64,000 nucleotides of DNA from Daphnia carinata (lineage: Eukaryota). Each line of letters starts with the position of its first letter. The stretch's first letter is position 1. Below, in pieces: positions 14,301 to 29,227 of this stretch. The notes under the pieces were generated by a model. That model saw nothing but the letters and a program-made list of their open reading frames with translations. It ran no database searches and had not been told where the DNA came from. The stretch spans positions 7,316,001 to 7,380,000 of the forward strand of contig NC_081331.1 in NCBI RefSeq assembly GCF_022539665.2, in the 5' to 3' direction. The position numbers and the translations under genes were made by a program.

Positions 14301-16128
14301 CGTTGCCTTCCTAATTGTCTCTATGATAAGAATAGAAAACAATAGTTTGAAACCTACTCCAACAGGCATTCACACTCATTGCCAAACGCCCTCCACCCTA
14401 CAAAATCAACGTTTGCCTTCTTTCGTTAGTAGATGCAAAAAGGTGTGTAAACGGAAGTCGTGCAGCTGTGAGAGGGTTGTGTTCTTCCAGCAGACTGATA
14501 ACGTTGATATTCGGGGTTTACGCACCTCAGCAAGATGAACTTCCCTTCCTGTTCTCAATTTCAGTGCCATTCAATGTGCTCTCATGAACATATTCTATAG
14601 ACACATTTAAATTTTTTTCTTCTTTACCCTTCTCTCGTTTGTTTTTTTCTGTTCTCGAAGAGTGTCTTGTATGCGTCTATGTTATTTGGACGGAGAAAAA
14701 CAAGACGACGCACGCCAGCAAGGCCTCGTCGTGTTTATGCTGGAAAACGTGCACCAGCATAACTGGTAACCCTTTTTTTTTTAAATATATTTTCCTCCTC
14801 CACCTCCTTACTCACTCCCCCCCCCCTTTTTCCCGGCCTGTCCCTCATTTCTCGAATTATTGATCACCTCGCTCACACCTGGGAGAGAAGGAGAAAGACG
14901 AGAGGATGTTTCGGGTTGGAATAAAGAACAAACATGTCTATAAGTCTAACGCCGTGAGGGAGAGCCAAAGGAAAGTGCAATGACATCCATGCACGTCCGG
15001 CGCGCGATGTTGGAATTATATAGCGCACGTCGGCCTGGAGGTCATCCATCAGTTTTGGGGGCTTTCATTCATTTTTATTTATTATTATTATTTTTTTTTT
15101 TTTTTTTTTGTTGCGTTCTTTCTTTCAAAGATGATGTTCAGTTCGTGTTGCTTCATTTAGTAGGTCTTTCGAATATTTGTATCCGTTTGACCGTGATAAA
15201 TGCGTACTACACGTAAACGAGCAATTGAAATATTTACTACTTTGAGCTGTTTGATTTTTTTTTTTAACTCTCCCCGCCAAAAAAAAAAGTCGTGTATCAT
15301 GCTTCACGCAATTAAAAATCCTTTTGGAATGTGAACGCCGAAATAGCCGATTGCATTCTATTGAAACATTTCAAAAAAATCCAGTTGGCTCTTCTTCTTC
15401 TTCGCAAGGCGATGCCCCTTTTTCAATAGACTGGGAGGGCACCTCAATGACTAGCAGTTGTGAGGTCGCGATTTTTGCTTTCCTTCTGTTTTATTTAAAT
15501 TCTTTCTTTCTCACAATTCAATGCACAAAACGATTGTGATTTGCGCAAGTGTTGACTGTTGTCTATTGAATTCGCCGTGATCCAACACGTCACCATTGAT
15601 TCGTTCGGCTTCGTTAAATTGACACCTAGGCTTTCGAACCGTTGGCGTCAAATCAACAACTAATTTAATAGAACTTCGGTATCAAAATATTGACTCTACT
15701 GTACCTGTCAATAAAACACAAAGAATACTCGAAACGGTACAGGTAAAAGTACAGTATTTCGGCAGCATTGAACAATCGTTGGGGCCGATTCGGTCGTTTG
15801 GATGGGGAAGAAAAGTCGCATTATGAAGAGCTTTCGTAACTGGTAATCGTTAGCGGCGACGCTCGTTGAAGAGTGAACGATTTTGACAGGAAGACGATGA
15901 ATTGAGACCCTTCAGTTTTTCAGATCGCCATTTGCGTCATTTGACGGTTACGCTTGACATCGTTTCCCAACATAATGGCACATTGGGTTGTGCATTAGGA
16001 AACAAAACAAAACGAAACAAGAGGGGACGCAAAAGAATAAGGAAGTCACGGGGAGGTTGTTCTGCAGGAAAAACGAGAGATTCCGTCAACTGAAGACGTA
16101 CTGTATGTGTGATGGTTGTTGTTTTCTT

Positions 16129-16159
<31 letters not shown>

Positions 16160-16676
16160 CCTTCCCTTGACGGTAGATGAGGTAGAACTTATGAAAAGAG
16201 GTGGTTGTAAAAGAAAAGGTGTAACTTGTGTAACAGGTGTGGTTGTACCGGATTGACAAAGTGCTGCGGCACACGCCTTCTCCATTGCAAGTGTCCATTC
16301 TTTCGCTACAAATGGGTATCTCTTCCGCCTCCGTCAGAAAAGAGAGCTTTTATTTCCTAGTTGAAACGCGCCCTTCCATATATTTATTTATTATTTTTAA
16401 TGATCCTTTTTACAAGTTGAATACGAAAGGTGGGCCACCGTAATAGTCGACGTCCTCTTCACGGTGTCCACCACTTTCAGCGTCCTTTTTTTTTTTTTTT
16501 TTTCAAAGTCTTGGCCCATTATTCTCCTCTCTATGCCACGTTGCACACACACGCCTCGTCCAAAGATTGTTTTCTTTTTTTACGAATGTCGACAGCGAAT
16601 GAGTTCCGTCATGCAATGCAGTTTCCTTCAGGACACAATACACGAGACATGCCAAGTGGCATCGAGCCCCGTCGTC

Positions 16677-16707
<31 letters not shown>

Positions 16708-18290
16708 CTTTCTCTATCGATATGAGGTCTGGCTCGCATTTCCTTGGCTCTAGCTATTAAGCGATATAGCCGCTTTTCGTGTACGGTGTGTATTGGTTGT
16801 TGTCATGTCATGTGTTCATGTGGACACCTTTTTTCTTTTTCAGCAGTATTTTCGTTCTTTTCAAACAACATTTTTGCTTTTATTCGCATAGACCCTTTGA
16901 CTGTACGAGCAAAGTGAGAATTGTTGACCTTCCTCTTTCCATTTCTTTTTTTTTTTTTTTTTTTTTTTTACAATTCCTAATCCGAAAAAAGTGATGTAAG
17001 ACTAACTATGAATGGAAAGAAGATGGTTGACACCCAACCCTTTCCGGGGCGGGAAACATTCTCTGTTGAAAAGAAGAAAAAAAAAATTAATAAATGCATT
17101 TACACACTTTGCTTTCTTCTTTTTTTTTTTCTTTCTTTCAATCTTTTACTTTACTATAACCTGCATTATTATTATAATTTTTTTTTTTCCCTTCACATTT
17201 ACTTCGGTTATTCGTAAAATGGGGAAAAAGGCCAAGCGACGTCGTTTCGTTCGTTTGTGGATCTTTTGTTTCGTTTCGGAGCGGGAGGGACGGGAAGAAG
17301 GTGCTCTATTGTTTGAGCCGGGCCGCACATCACGCGAGAGAAGTGGGCGATGGTCTGGTACACTGCGGCACTACACACTACCACACGAAATATCCAGTTT
17401 GAAAGAGAGAAAAAAAAAAAAAAGAAGGTTGAAAGGAGGGAGGTGAAACTCGGTGGCCCAGAACGATGGCGCTCTCTGAACCGGCAACGTGAGCTTCTTC
17501 GATGGCGAAGAGGAAAGAGAACATTAAAAAAAAAAGAAAAAAAGAGGAACCTCTCTCTCTCTCTGTCTGTCTCTCCACTTTGGCGGAGATTCGTGTCACG
17601 ATATCCACGACCAACGTGTATGTGTCTATATGTGTGTGTGTGCGGAAGAGAGAACAGCGATGAGGAGGGAGGTGGTTGGCAGAAAGGCAAGAGAAACACA
17701 GGGACGATGGAAAGTGGGAGGTTTTGGAACTGTGTCTAACGATACAGAATGTCCCCGCCACTTAAAAAAAAAAAAAAAGAAAACTAGAAGAGATTCGAGA
17801 GACGATCACACAGGAGGAAAAAAAAAAATAATAAAAATATTTTTCAAAAAAAAAAAAACCCCGCCGCGCGCAACAGTCACAAGGAATGTCGATGCTGCCA
17901 CCTTGGAGAACGTGGGCAGCTCAGGCTAGTCCGCGCGACTTATTTGGATGATAAATCTATATATAATCCTGCTGCGACACATAGAAGAAAAAAAAAAAAA
18001 AAAACCTTGCCATCTACTGCCACTAGGTTCCCATCCTTCACGGACATGCCACACACCTCGAATCATGATGACGACGACTGCAAATGGTCAATATGCCGAG
18101 CCATTTCAGACAGCAAAAGATCTTCATGGCATTTCATCGGTAGGAATGTCAAACATCCATCGGTACATTTATACGTACATTATATGCACGTTTGCTTAAT
18201 GCCTTATTGTCCAGGGGAATGTTCATTCGATTTCGGACAGCGCGCGTTCGGGGAGGGGAGGGAGGCCCTCACGTGCGCTAGACGTTGATT

Positions 18291-18324
<34 letters not shown>

Positions 18325-21300
18325 GCGCGTTGGTGGTGGCAAAGTTGTGGGAAGTCACGTCTTTAGCTATTCTCGTTCTTTTCTTCCCTATTTGGCTTCA
18401 CGAGCGATGACACGGTTGCGATCATCAAATCGAATGATCGCTTTTTCTAGAACTTGTACACCGGTACGTAACTGTCACTGTTGAAAATCCCAACCACGTT
18501 TGGCATTATCAAGGTAAAAAGAATTTCTCTGAATAAAGTAGTACAATCTTCGATCTGACAGCCGGACAAATTTGATGTATTCAAAACTACAAGTACTCCG
18601 TCTGCGTATTGCCCTAGATTTCAGCCTGTCATTTGAATTAGTACTTGCGAGAGTGTGAGATGAAGGCGGCTGCTAATTGTGACTCTAATCAGCAGGCTCT
18701 GATGGCAGCTTGGAAAAGGGGTGAATAGATCTTACGCGTAAAAACAGTAGGTCTATGGTGAAAATCAGCGATCATAAAAGGCGGGGAAGGTGGGAGGGGT
18801 TAAGCACGGTACACGAGGTAAGCTGATGAGCGCCGCAGTGAAACGCGATCACTAATTATAACATCACAAACATCGGCCGAAAAACAGGAGGACAGGGCGA
18901 AAGAAAAGGCGCACTGACGGTTCTGAAGGAAGGTTTTCTTCTTTTTTATTTTTTTTCGCTTTGTTTTGACAGCTAGCAAACGACGACGTCGGCTACACAG
19001 AACAGAGCAAGACTTTTTAGGCTCTCCGTTTTGACTACGCCATCATTATCGAACTGTCAGTACTATCAGCCGTAAGGCGAGGGCCTCTCTCTCTTGTCTT
19101 TTCGTTTAGTTTCCATGGGCACTCACCAAGTCGGCGGTGTCAATAAAAGAGGGGAAAAAAAAAAGGAAAAACGAGAGCATTGAGGAGACGAACGGCTGTC
19201 ATTGCGACCCTAAAAAACAATGATTTTAATGAGAAAACTTCTTTGATTACACACGGCCGTGCTTTCATTTATCCGAGTCTTTGTGCCACGTCGGGATTCC
19301 CTGTTTGATCTCAGCTTTTGTTGGTGACAGTGCGAGGAAAACCAGTATTTCGTACTCTTAATCACGCCGTACGCAATGTTCTTTTTGTTTTTTGTTTTTT
19401 TTCCCTACTTCAGTTTATTGTTGTTATTCCATTCAGTTCTAACCTGGCGCGTATCATTAATTCGGGTGGGGCGACGTCAACTATTTAAATCTAAACTGTT
19501 ATTGCAGAAAAACCAAACAATTCATTTTTGGGGGGGAGGGAAAAAAATGTATTAGAACTGGGCATGGAACTGGCGAGAGACAGCAGTAAAGATCCTTGTC
19601 CAGCCCTAGAATGAACCACTGGTGGTCTTGCATAACAAAAACGCAGCAGGATCCACACGAGGCAGCGGATGTGTATCGGACCAAGTTGAGGGATGTGACG
19701 GTGGACGAGACAGAAAAAAAAAGAGGGAAAAGAGAACTGGTTTATGAATATTTCATTCTTTTTTTTCCCCCTCTGATTTCACATGTTTCTTGTGTGTGGA
19801 ACCTGGTGAGCAATGATGCCAGGAATGCTCGGCCTTATCGCCGATGGAGTATCTCCGCTATTTGGACGTGGCGTACACACATGGGCGCAGTGTAAAAAAA
19901 AGCGAGATGCTCCATCCCACTGGCCATAGATACAGTACTGAAGCTGCACTCCAAATACACTTGGATAGGGCTGCGGTTGGAGAAACGGTGGAACGCGTAC
20001 ACGGTGCCGATGGAGAAATCCCCATTCACCACCTGTGACGGCAGAGGAATGATGTCGATAGGCCTGGCTGGCTAAAGTGGTGGAGTATAGTAGGAGGATA
20101 TCCAGTCAAGACTGGAAGAAATTGCTGGAAGAGGCGGAGGTAGGCACCTGATCTACGAGAAGAATCGAATAAGGAAGACATGAGGTCAAAGTTGGAGGAA
20201 CCTTTTTTTGTGTGCGCAGAAGAAGAATAAAAAGGCGTGTGGTGGAAATTCTTGGGTCAAGACATTCCTGCATTGTCGGCGGGGCCCCCCTCGCGATGGC
20301 GAGGCCAAAGGGTCCCCCGTGTGCCTTCTCTTTCTTATACTTTTAGACACTCGTCGTAATGCATACATATATGTATTCAGCCTGTGTAACACGTAGCGCA
20401 TTGTTGCCTACATTGTATACTTGTACGCTGTTTACAATATTGACGTTGAGGATTCCAATACTCGAATTGGGAAAGGCATTAGGCCCCAGTCTGAATACGG
20501 CGTCTCTTCTTCACCTCTCTGCTGCCCATTTTTTTTTTTAATAAATAAAATTTATTTACATTAGATAGATAGAAAAAAAAATGGATAGGATAAGAAAAGA
20601 AAATAGCCATCGTTTGGGTTAGTTACGAGTTTTCCCAATCTACTGAAGGACGACCAGCAGCATCATTTAAACAAAAAAACACAAATATAACGGACTCGAA
20701 ATGTTGTGGAAGGAAACGAAAGATATTTTTTTTTTGTCTCGCATTGTGCAACGCTGTTAACTGGCGGGCTCAGCCGTTCAGGTATCAATTAAGGTCAAGA
20801 TTGCGGCAGAAGAGCCCAGTCAGGGGCGTACAACATGGGTGTTGTTCATACATCTGTCAGAGTTTTTATTTCTCCTCCTATGAAAAATGGGGGAATCGAA
20901 TAAAAAAAAAATTTAATGAAAAAAAAACAAAAAAAAAACAATCAGAGGACGTCCCTAATATCAGCGATACCACAGATAGACCGGGAAGTTTAAAAATTAC
21001 ATTTGTAGGCGAAGAACCACATAAGGAAATGAGTTTTTTTCAATAGCTTCAAAATGTTTCATAGCGATCGACTACCTAGAGGCAAACAACTGAGGAATTC
21101 ACTTGTCCGTGTTTTCTCCAGGACTGAACAGTTTTGGAGAATGTTTGCACAACGTTTTCTTGTTTTCCCAACAGTAAGGTGCACAGATTTTCGAAAGCTA
21201 TCGGTTAATTATTAAAGAAAAGAAAACGGGAGTTTGAGCGTGACTGAACATGGCCAGGGCTTTTCAGAAGTGGTGAAACCGAATAACGCGTTTGGGAGGA

Positions 21301-24300
21301 GTTGTTATTGGTCATTCGATAATTGTACTTACATCCAAGGATAGCTAAAAAAAAAATAAAAGGAAATAAGGAGAAAGCCAAGAAAATATAATCGTAGCTT
21401 CTTGTAGTGAGAGAAGAATGCAACGAAGGTGAAGAACTGAAGAAGGTGATAGCATCTAACATTACTGCTTGATGGAAATTGTTGTATCCCGCGGAATGAC
21501 TGGGTATACTGCACGGCGCCCACATCGCAACAACAGGTGACATCATCGCACTAATGTTCCAGAGATCCGCGCTCGCTCTTTAACGAGCCGACAGTGATGG
21601 ATCATCTCCTCGCCAGTGTCTGAGACTGTGACCTACACAAATCGGCGTGTCGTTATCATCGGCAGGTAATGCGATCCGACGTTGAGGGCGCTCGCTCCAA
21701 AAGAGGGGCTGGCACAAAGAAATCCGTTATTGTGTACTATACGCTGTTATGGATTTCTTCTTTTTTTTTTCTTCCTTTCTTTTCCCCTTTTTTTTTTTTT
21801 TTTTCTTAAGTTGTTATTGTCCGAAAGGTGTGTTCGATGAGTAGATAGCCGTGACAGACCGTTCCCTTCGGTTGGATACTTCAAACTAGCGCTAGCACGA
21901 TATTTTAAAAAGCATATGTGCTATTATTCTTTTGCCTATCCGAACCATCTAAGGTGATTCGGTTACTCAAGTATCGCCATTCCTACTTGACAATTAGCAT
22001 TACATGTAAACGTGCGGAATGAATGATCTTCGTTCAATGTTTTTGATGATCATTCTGATATGGAATGACAAGTTTCCTTGACTATCCTCCGTAGCCAAGA
22101 AATGAGTACCTAGATAGAGTTCCAGGGAACCTTCACAGAGACACAGTATTTGGTATGTCTTGCAAACGTGATCATTAGCCAAATTTTATCTGACCAACAG
22201 CCAAGCAGCGTAACACTAAAAGAAAGAACAAACATCATCAGTCAATCCATCAGCTGAGAATGGGAGGTTTCATTTCCCCGCCAGAGACAAGTACGTCACA
22301 TAAATGCAGATTTTTATTTATGGAATCTGACATGTGATATAAACGCATGAGATGAAAAACAATGAAACAATGGTCAGATTAATAACAAGGTTCCTTAATC
22401 TTTACGTAGCGGTCATTCAAGAGTTAGACGAAGCATTTTGAAATATCACCCGCACGTTTGGATGGCAGACAATTCCTTGTTACTGAGTTTTTTTTTTTCT
22501 TTATATTCTTCTTCAGGAAAACTTTGTAAAACAACGTCATGAAACTATTCCTGATCTATAATTATGCACGCATTGCCATCTTCTATACGGAATACAATAT
22601 ACCCTTTCCTCTTATGTTGGCCTCCCCTTTCTCTTTTTCTTTTCTATCTTCTTCGACCGTATCCTCTGTAATTACAGAAGACAAAAAAAAAAAAAAAAAG
22701 AATAGGAAAGAATGAAACACAGAGAGAAAGATCGAAATCTTTTTTTTTTTTTTTGCCGGCCAATCGTGGCTTTATTTAAATACCAGAAACCCAAAAATAA
22801 GGGACGAGAGATTACAAGATGAAGGAAGAAAGAGAAACAGAGATGGGAGAGGCGAGTCGGCTGTGATAGCAGTGCGGTGTTCTTTTCTCATACGCGTATT
22901 CTATCATAGCGATGTTTGAGAAGAGAGGCAATCATTTCATAAATGATGGACGATTCCCGGCAAACGGCCAGGGCCAACCTCTTTTTGCTCTTTGGTCGAC
23001 TATATGGCCCATGATCAGCGGGAAATATGGGAAAGAGACAACCCCCGCTGTATATGCCGGTACATCTCTACTTCACGGTGCGTATGGGGCATGCGGTAAA
23101 CTCACTCCGCGTCTTCCCTGTTTTTACTCCTTGTATCGTCGTTGGCCAGTGAAAAAAATGTGCATTCCTCTTATCCGATACGTTGTTCTCCAATTAGTTC
23201 TCATCGAAACCCATCAATCATTTCCCTTTTTCTGTATATACTGTATATAAAAAAAAAAAAAAAAATAATGACCGAAGCTTGAATGCAATTCTTTTTCGCG
23301 TTTATTGTCAGTCGATTTTAAATAGTTATTTTTAATCCTATGATTGCTGACCCGGATGCGGGTGTTAAACGTCCGATTGGCGATGGAAAAAGAATACATA
23401 TATATATTTTTTAAATATCATTTTATTTCTATTTTTATTTTTAAGAGGCCTCGTTACATGCGAGCGTGTTTCCATCATCAGGCTGCAAAAAAAAAAAACC
23501 AAATTGGGCCATAGCGAATTTAGAGAGAAAGTCGACAAAAGTCAATTACACGCTGGCTTCTTTAATGTGCAATATCAACCTAGAAAAAGAAGGACCCTAA
23601 CTTATAATTCACGATTTAATGAGAGGCTGCTGTGCGCGGTACTTTAGAAGTAAAAAAAAAAAAAAAGAAAAGGGTCTCCGTTGATAAAGTATAACCATCT
23701 CGGCGTGTTTTCTTCTCCTCCTCTTTCGACATCACCTGGACAACATCATAGAGCGCGGGAAAAGAAGAGGGGGTGGGGAGGAAGGGTAGACGAAAGAGAT
23801 TTCCCATTGTCATCTTGGCGAGCTAAATCTCTTCAAATGGTTTCCGTTTTTGCTTCTGCTCATTAACCAAACAAGATATATAATAGAGATGGGCAAGAAT
23901 GGCTTGTTTGCATTGTTATAATAGTGGCGAGGTTCTGGGAACGAGACTACACGACGGCGAAGGCAAAAAAAAAAAAAAAAGAAGTCGAGGAGAGCAATAG
24001 AAAACCCGGCGTGGAAGCGGTGGGAGGAAAGAAAATGAGACTCCTTACTATTTATAGTAATGAATGGGAAGAAAGAGACGAGATGGAGAGATAGAGAGAA
24101 ACAGAGAGGGTAGCGAAGAGAAATGATGACCGAGTCGTGAATGAAATGAGTCGACAAGGTAAAGGTGACGGGTGACGAGCGACGATGGGAAGTTTGTGGG
24201 CCCTTTTTTTTTTTTTCCTTTGGTTTCCACGACTTCGCCTAAGGTGGCCTGAGCCGCGTGAGTCGTAGCCTCGAAACAACAACTACAAAAAGAGAGAACA

Positions 24301-25027
24301 TTGGGGGCGCCGTCGGTGATTACCTCGCAGCGTTTAGTGGTCACGAAATCAAGGAGTAGCCGTGAAAGATACACAGGAATAGCCGCCAGCTCAGCCAGCA
24401 GAAAAGTTCACGTCTTCCATTCAATGATGGTGAGAGGGGTCAGCTCTCAGCTCTCTCTCTCCCTCTCCATATCTTTCCCAGTTGTTTCTTTTTTTTGTGT
24501 GTGTGTGTGTACTGCTCGAGTCCCTTGGCCCATTCTTTGATGTACTCTCACATTCTCAGAAGTGAGAGAGAGAGACAGGACATGAATGGGCTGAAACACA
24601 CAATCAAACCATGCGCCCGACCTGTGGCTCGTTCTCAAGAGGTCAACGCGTACACTAGAAGAACTCTTCCATTAAAGACGCTCGCGGTCTCGACTTTTCG
24701 GGAACAGATGAGAAACATAATCGCCGGTTTGGGTCGTTTTCTCGACTCCGATTGTATACACACACACACACACACACGTCTAGAATCTGTACTCTCCACA
24801 CACATTCGTAGACAAGGACGCACGTTCCGTTTTCGGAAACGCTCAGGCAAAAAAGAGAGAAAAGAGGTTGAAGAGGTCACTAAACACTCGAAAAAAAAAA
24901 AAAAAAAAGACACAAGACGCAAGCGGCTGGGAGAGTCTATACACAACAAGTGACCTTTTGAATCTCCCACCGAACTTTAAATGAGCACCGAAGCCCCCTG
25001 CGTTCCCCCGGCGTTTTTCCCGCCCGA

Positions 25028-25060
<33 letters not shown>

Positions 25061-28000
25061 CATAATAACAACAAAAATATGGATACACTAGACAGAGGAT
25101 TACTACCTGAGGGTCACATTCTGTGAATCGGCTCGTGAGAGAATCTCACACTTTGCATGGCATATCAACCTCGCGAGAAACGGCTCACCTCGTCCGCACT
25201 AATGCCTGCCTGTGTGCACCAACATTTTGACTCGTTCGATGGATTTCTTTCTTTACCTCCGTCATCGTGGGTTACATTGTTTTTCAACTGATGGAGCCAC
25301 GCAGCCAGATGGTCGTGAGTTTTCTGGCCATGGGGTCATCTTATAGGTTAGCGTTTCTGTTTTTTTGTTTTTTTCTTTTCATGCGAAAGCAGAAACAATC
25401 ACAGAGCGACGCAAAACAGTGAGAACGCAACGCCACACATTTTGCGACGATCTAAATCTACCGTGATTGTTTTTTCAAACGTCGTTGTTTCCGCTGCACC
25501 AGGAGTAGGTTCTTCCTCCATATACTTATGGCTTTCCACTGGCAAAGTTGAGATCTGTAGACGTATAACACACATTAGACGTCTGGCTGAAAGGCTGTAT
25601 GTTCTATACCTTTCATCGTGACCAGTCGTTGGAACCATACTTATGTTTGAATCACGAAGATAAGTCCGTGCAGACAATCATATTCTTTCTTACCATCGCC
25701 GATTGCCTTGGCTTGATATTAAAGATGGGTCGATCGAAAACAACAACAACAACAAAAAAAACTCACACCGGTCATATGAGAATCGAACCGGCAAGCTTTG
25801 GCACACCACTTAACGCTTCTCTTTTGATTTTAACGAGCCATCGGTACGGGGCATAGAGCCCTAATGAATTGCCTCGTGAAATATCCGCCTCTATAAAAAA
25901 AAACATGAAGAGCCATAGGCGGGGAGTTGCTCGATTCACGATTTCCAGCACCACGCTTTTATTATCAAATAGCTCTTTTCGTAATAAAAGCACAACACAA
26001 AAAAAAAACAACAATTGATTTCGTGACTAAAGGCCGACAAAGTTAAACATTTGCCTGTTATTTTAGCCGATCGTTTTATTGATGTTTGAAACAAGAAATT
26101 GATTATTCGCCATGAGCTGTTTCCCAAATACTACAACTGAATGGCGATCACGAGACGGCCATAACACAACGCCGAAATCCAGATCTAGTTCGATCGTAGA
26201 CATGAAGAAGACTCATAGTCGAATGGCATACGTTGCTTTTTCCTACATTGAATTGGAGTCAAGAGGGATTGATTGACGACGATGGTCTTATTGCTTGATG
26301 CGTGTGAACATCTTAATGGAACGACGAAAGCATCGGTAAGACCTAAAAAAAAAAAAAAAAATGGGAAAAAAATTGACAAGAAATTACGATGAACTATGAC
26401 GTCTGTTTGGAACCGATTGTCCTGCATGTGACTGAATCCTTGTCAGGCGGCAAAAATTCAAACAAAAACAACTATGGGAATATGCTGTGCAAGGAATGCT
26501 ATCAGTTATCCACGGTATTTTTTTTCTCTTTCTAATGCAGTATGTGTTTGCTGACTCTATAGCATCGTGTACCTTTATGTGTTCCTCCTTGGCTCTTTGC
26601 CTTGACGTAACCAAGGTCCCGAATCTCGCCCCCCTCTTCTCAACCAAGAGGAGGGGGGAAGAGAAATTCATCGGACAAGAGAGAGAGATACAGAGTCATC
26701 CGTCATGTTATCCTGGCGCGTCGGGAGGGGGTTCTGTCCATCCCACCTATGGTGAATGGGTGACCCCCCCTAACTGACCTTTGTAAAAAGGAAAAACACG
26801 GAACGCCTCATTCGCCAGCTCCACGTTCCCTAAACCATTATATCGTTCTCTGTTTATATTTTTTTTTCTTTTTTGCTTGCCTATTTGGGACCATCTGCCT
26901 TTCTTATCGCATCAACTTTGAATCTTCTCAAGGGTGTATAAAACGATACAACATATCATCGTCCGGGTGAAGCCACGATTCCATCCACCTACCCTCGTGC
27001 GTGTTTGTTCGTTCTTTACGTAACGGACATGACTTTTTTTTTCTCTCCCTTTTAAATATTTTGTAATTTGTTCGCTTTTCTTGATTCCCATGGTCATTGA
27101 TGAGGTGATTAGCAGTGGTAAGCCCACATTCTTACGTACTTTACAATAGGTGTCTATTGCAAGATAAGATGTTTCATTGCCGGCCTCTATTTCTTCAACC
27201 AGAGATGACCGCAGGGCTGACGATCGCCTCAAACATGGACAAAGATGCGGTCGTTCTTTATTCACATATTTATGATTTTATTAAATTTTCCTTAATCGTT
27301 AGCCTTTTCCTTGATGTTTTTTTTTTATTATTATTTTTGTGTTCTCTTCGTTGGCATATGTACTTTCTCAGGCAGACAGAAGATGCGTGTAAGAGCTGGT
27401 ATCGAGGGTCAGTCATTAAAACATGTAACACACAAGAATCGTGAGCACATCTTCCATCCAATGGCTCCAAATGACTCCAAACAATCATGTAAAGGAAAGA
27501 GAAGGAAAGAAAAAAAAAGAAAAAGAAAAGAACTACAATGGATGGGTGAAAAACATCTAATGACGGCCTGACGGGGCTGACCTCACCTACGTGCTGCACC
27601 GTACCAGAAGAGGCCCTATTCTCACAATAAGATTCAAGGAAAAAAAGCATCACTATCGAGCAGGATTAGGGCGCGGTGATGGTTCATTTTTTTTTCTTTC
27701 ATTCTATTCTTTTTTTTTTTTTTTCTTGTCTTCCGTTCCGATTTAGGGATGACCCCAAGATGGCCCCTTCAAAATCCCTCCGTCTGGAAAGAAAGCCATG
27801 AGACCCAAAAGAGGCACAAGTACCAAACCAGGAGCGCCCTCCAACCCCATTTGATTTCAAAAATTGGCCACCTACAAATGTTTCTTTTTTTTTTTTTTTT
27901 TTGAGAAAGCGCTGGGAGAGAGAACGAAAGAGCGTTAATGCGCACCCCGGCTCGTAATCGTTTTAACCTGTGTTTTCCGGTTGATTGGAGCTAGCCAACT

Positions 28001-29189
28001 TCTTAAGATGGTCGTAATAGGACGAGTACAGATACCACGAGGCTTACAAGCAAGCTTGTTATTTTTACCTTTTAAAAAAACTATTTTCGAAATATTAGCA
28101 CAAAACTGCAAGCGCAACGGACGTGCCAAGAAGGGGGGGGGCAGGAAAGGTAGATATTTTCACGCAAAACCTCTTTTGCATTATTTCTTGCGCACTGATG
28201 AATTAGGAAAGACGCACGATCTCCGCCAAACACCTCGTACAACGACGATGTCGATGACGGTAATCACCTACGGTGGCAGAGCCACACAAGTTGGCACCTG
28301 TATTGCATTCCAGCTACTATGTACCACACGTTTTGAGTACACCAACCTGCAGGCTATAAAAAGAAAAAAAAAAAAAAGAAGAGATCGTTTGGCAACTGGG
28401 ACGAAAGCAAGAAAACAATGTTGAGAAAAACTTTCATGGGAAGCAATTTTTTTTTTTTTTTCTTTTCGTCTTCATGACGAAGGACCCTTTCGTTCATTCT
28501 CCTGTCTTGATCCTTCTTCTTTATTTTAGAGTGGGGACGAGGGGTGAAAGGTGGCGGCCAAGCGGCCGGATGTCGTTTCGTTTTTTCTTTTTTTTCCACC
28601 GGTTGTCTTCGCCTCACGGTTCAGATTTTCTTTTCCCCCCCTCGCTACAACTGTTCGGGTCTTTGAATTCCTCATTCATTCTTTACGTTTTCTTTAGTTC
28701 TTCAGACCCGGCTATTTAGCTCTCTGATCACGTTCCGACAGACATGTATTTTTGCCAACACTTAACAAAACGGTAACTGTGACGTTGTATTGCCGCGCAT
28801 GCAAATTTAAACAACTCTTTTTCTTCCTGTTTTCACACCAGTGCAGTAGTTTTTTAAGCTTACTTGTGAATTTAATTTTCCGCTTATCCTTGCAGTCCTT
28901 AAAGTTACCGACCCGTGTACAGTAGTACAGCTCTCTCATAAATGGGAGACGGGACTGGTAGCGAAGCTAAAAGTGGAAGTAATGAGGGAGAATGATGGAA
29001 GGGAAAGACCGGTAAAATAGAGGTATGAAAGATACGTGGGATACTGGATAGACATGCAAGTATAATGGTTCCAAAATGATGTCCCATCTGGCATTAGTCT
29101 CGTCGTTCACGGCGAAAGACATCTCGTGGATTCTGCGTAGCTGATCACGAGACCCGAACAAGAATGAAATTCATGAAAAATATAAGAGC

Positions 29190-29191
<2 letters not shown>

Positions 29192-29223
<32 letters not shown>
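29192..29223 (+). repeat. (GA)16 microsatellite
   Basis: Read directly. Confidence 0.9.
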
Positions 29224-29227
<4 letters not shown>

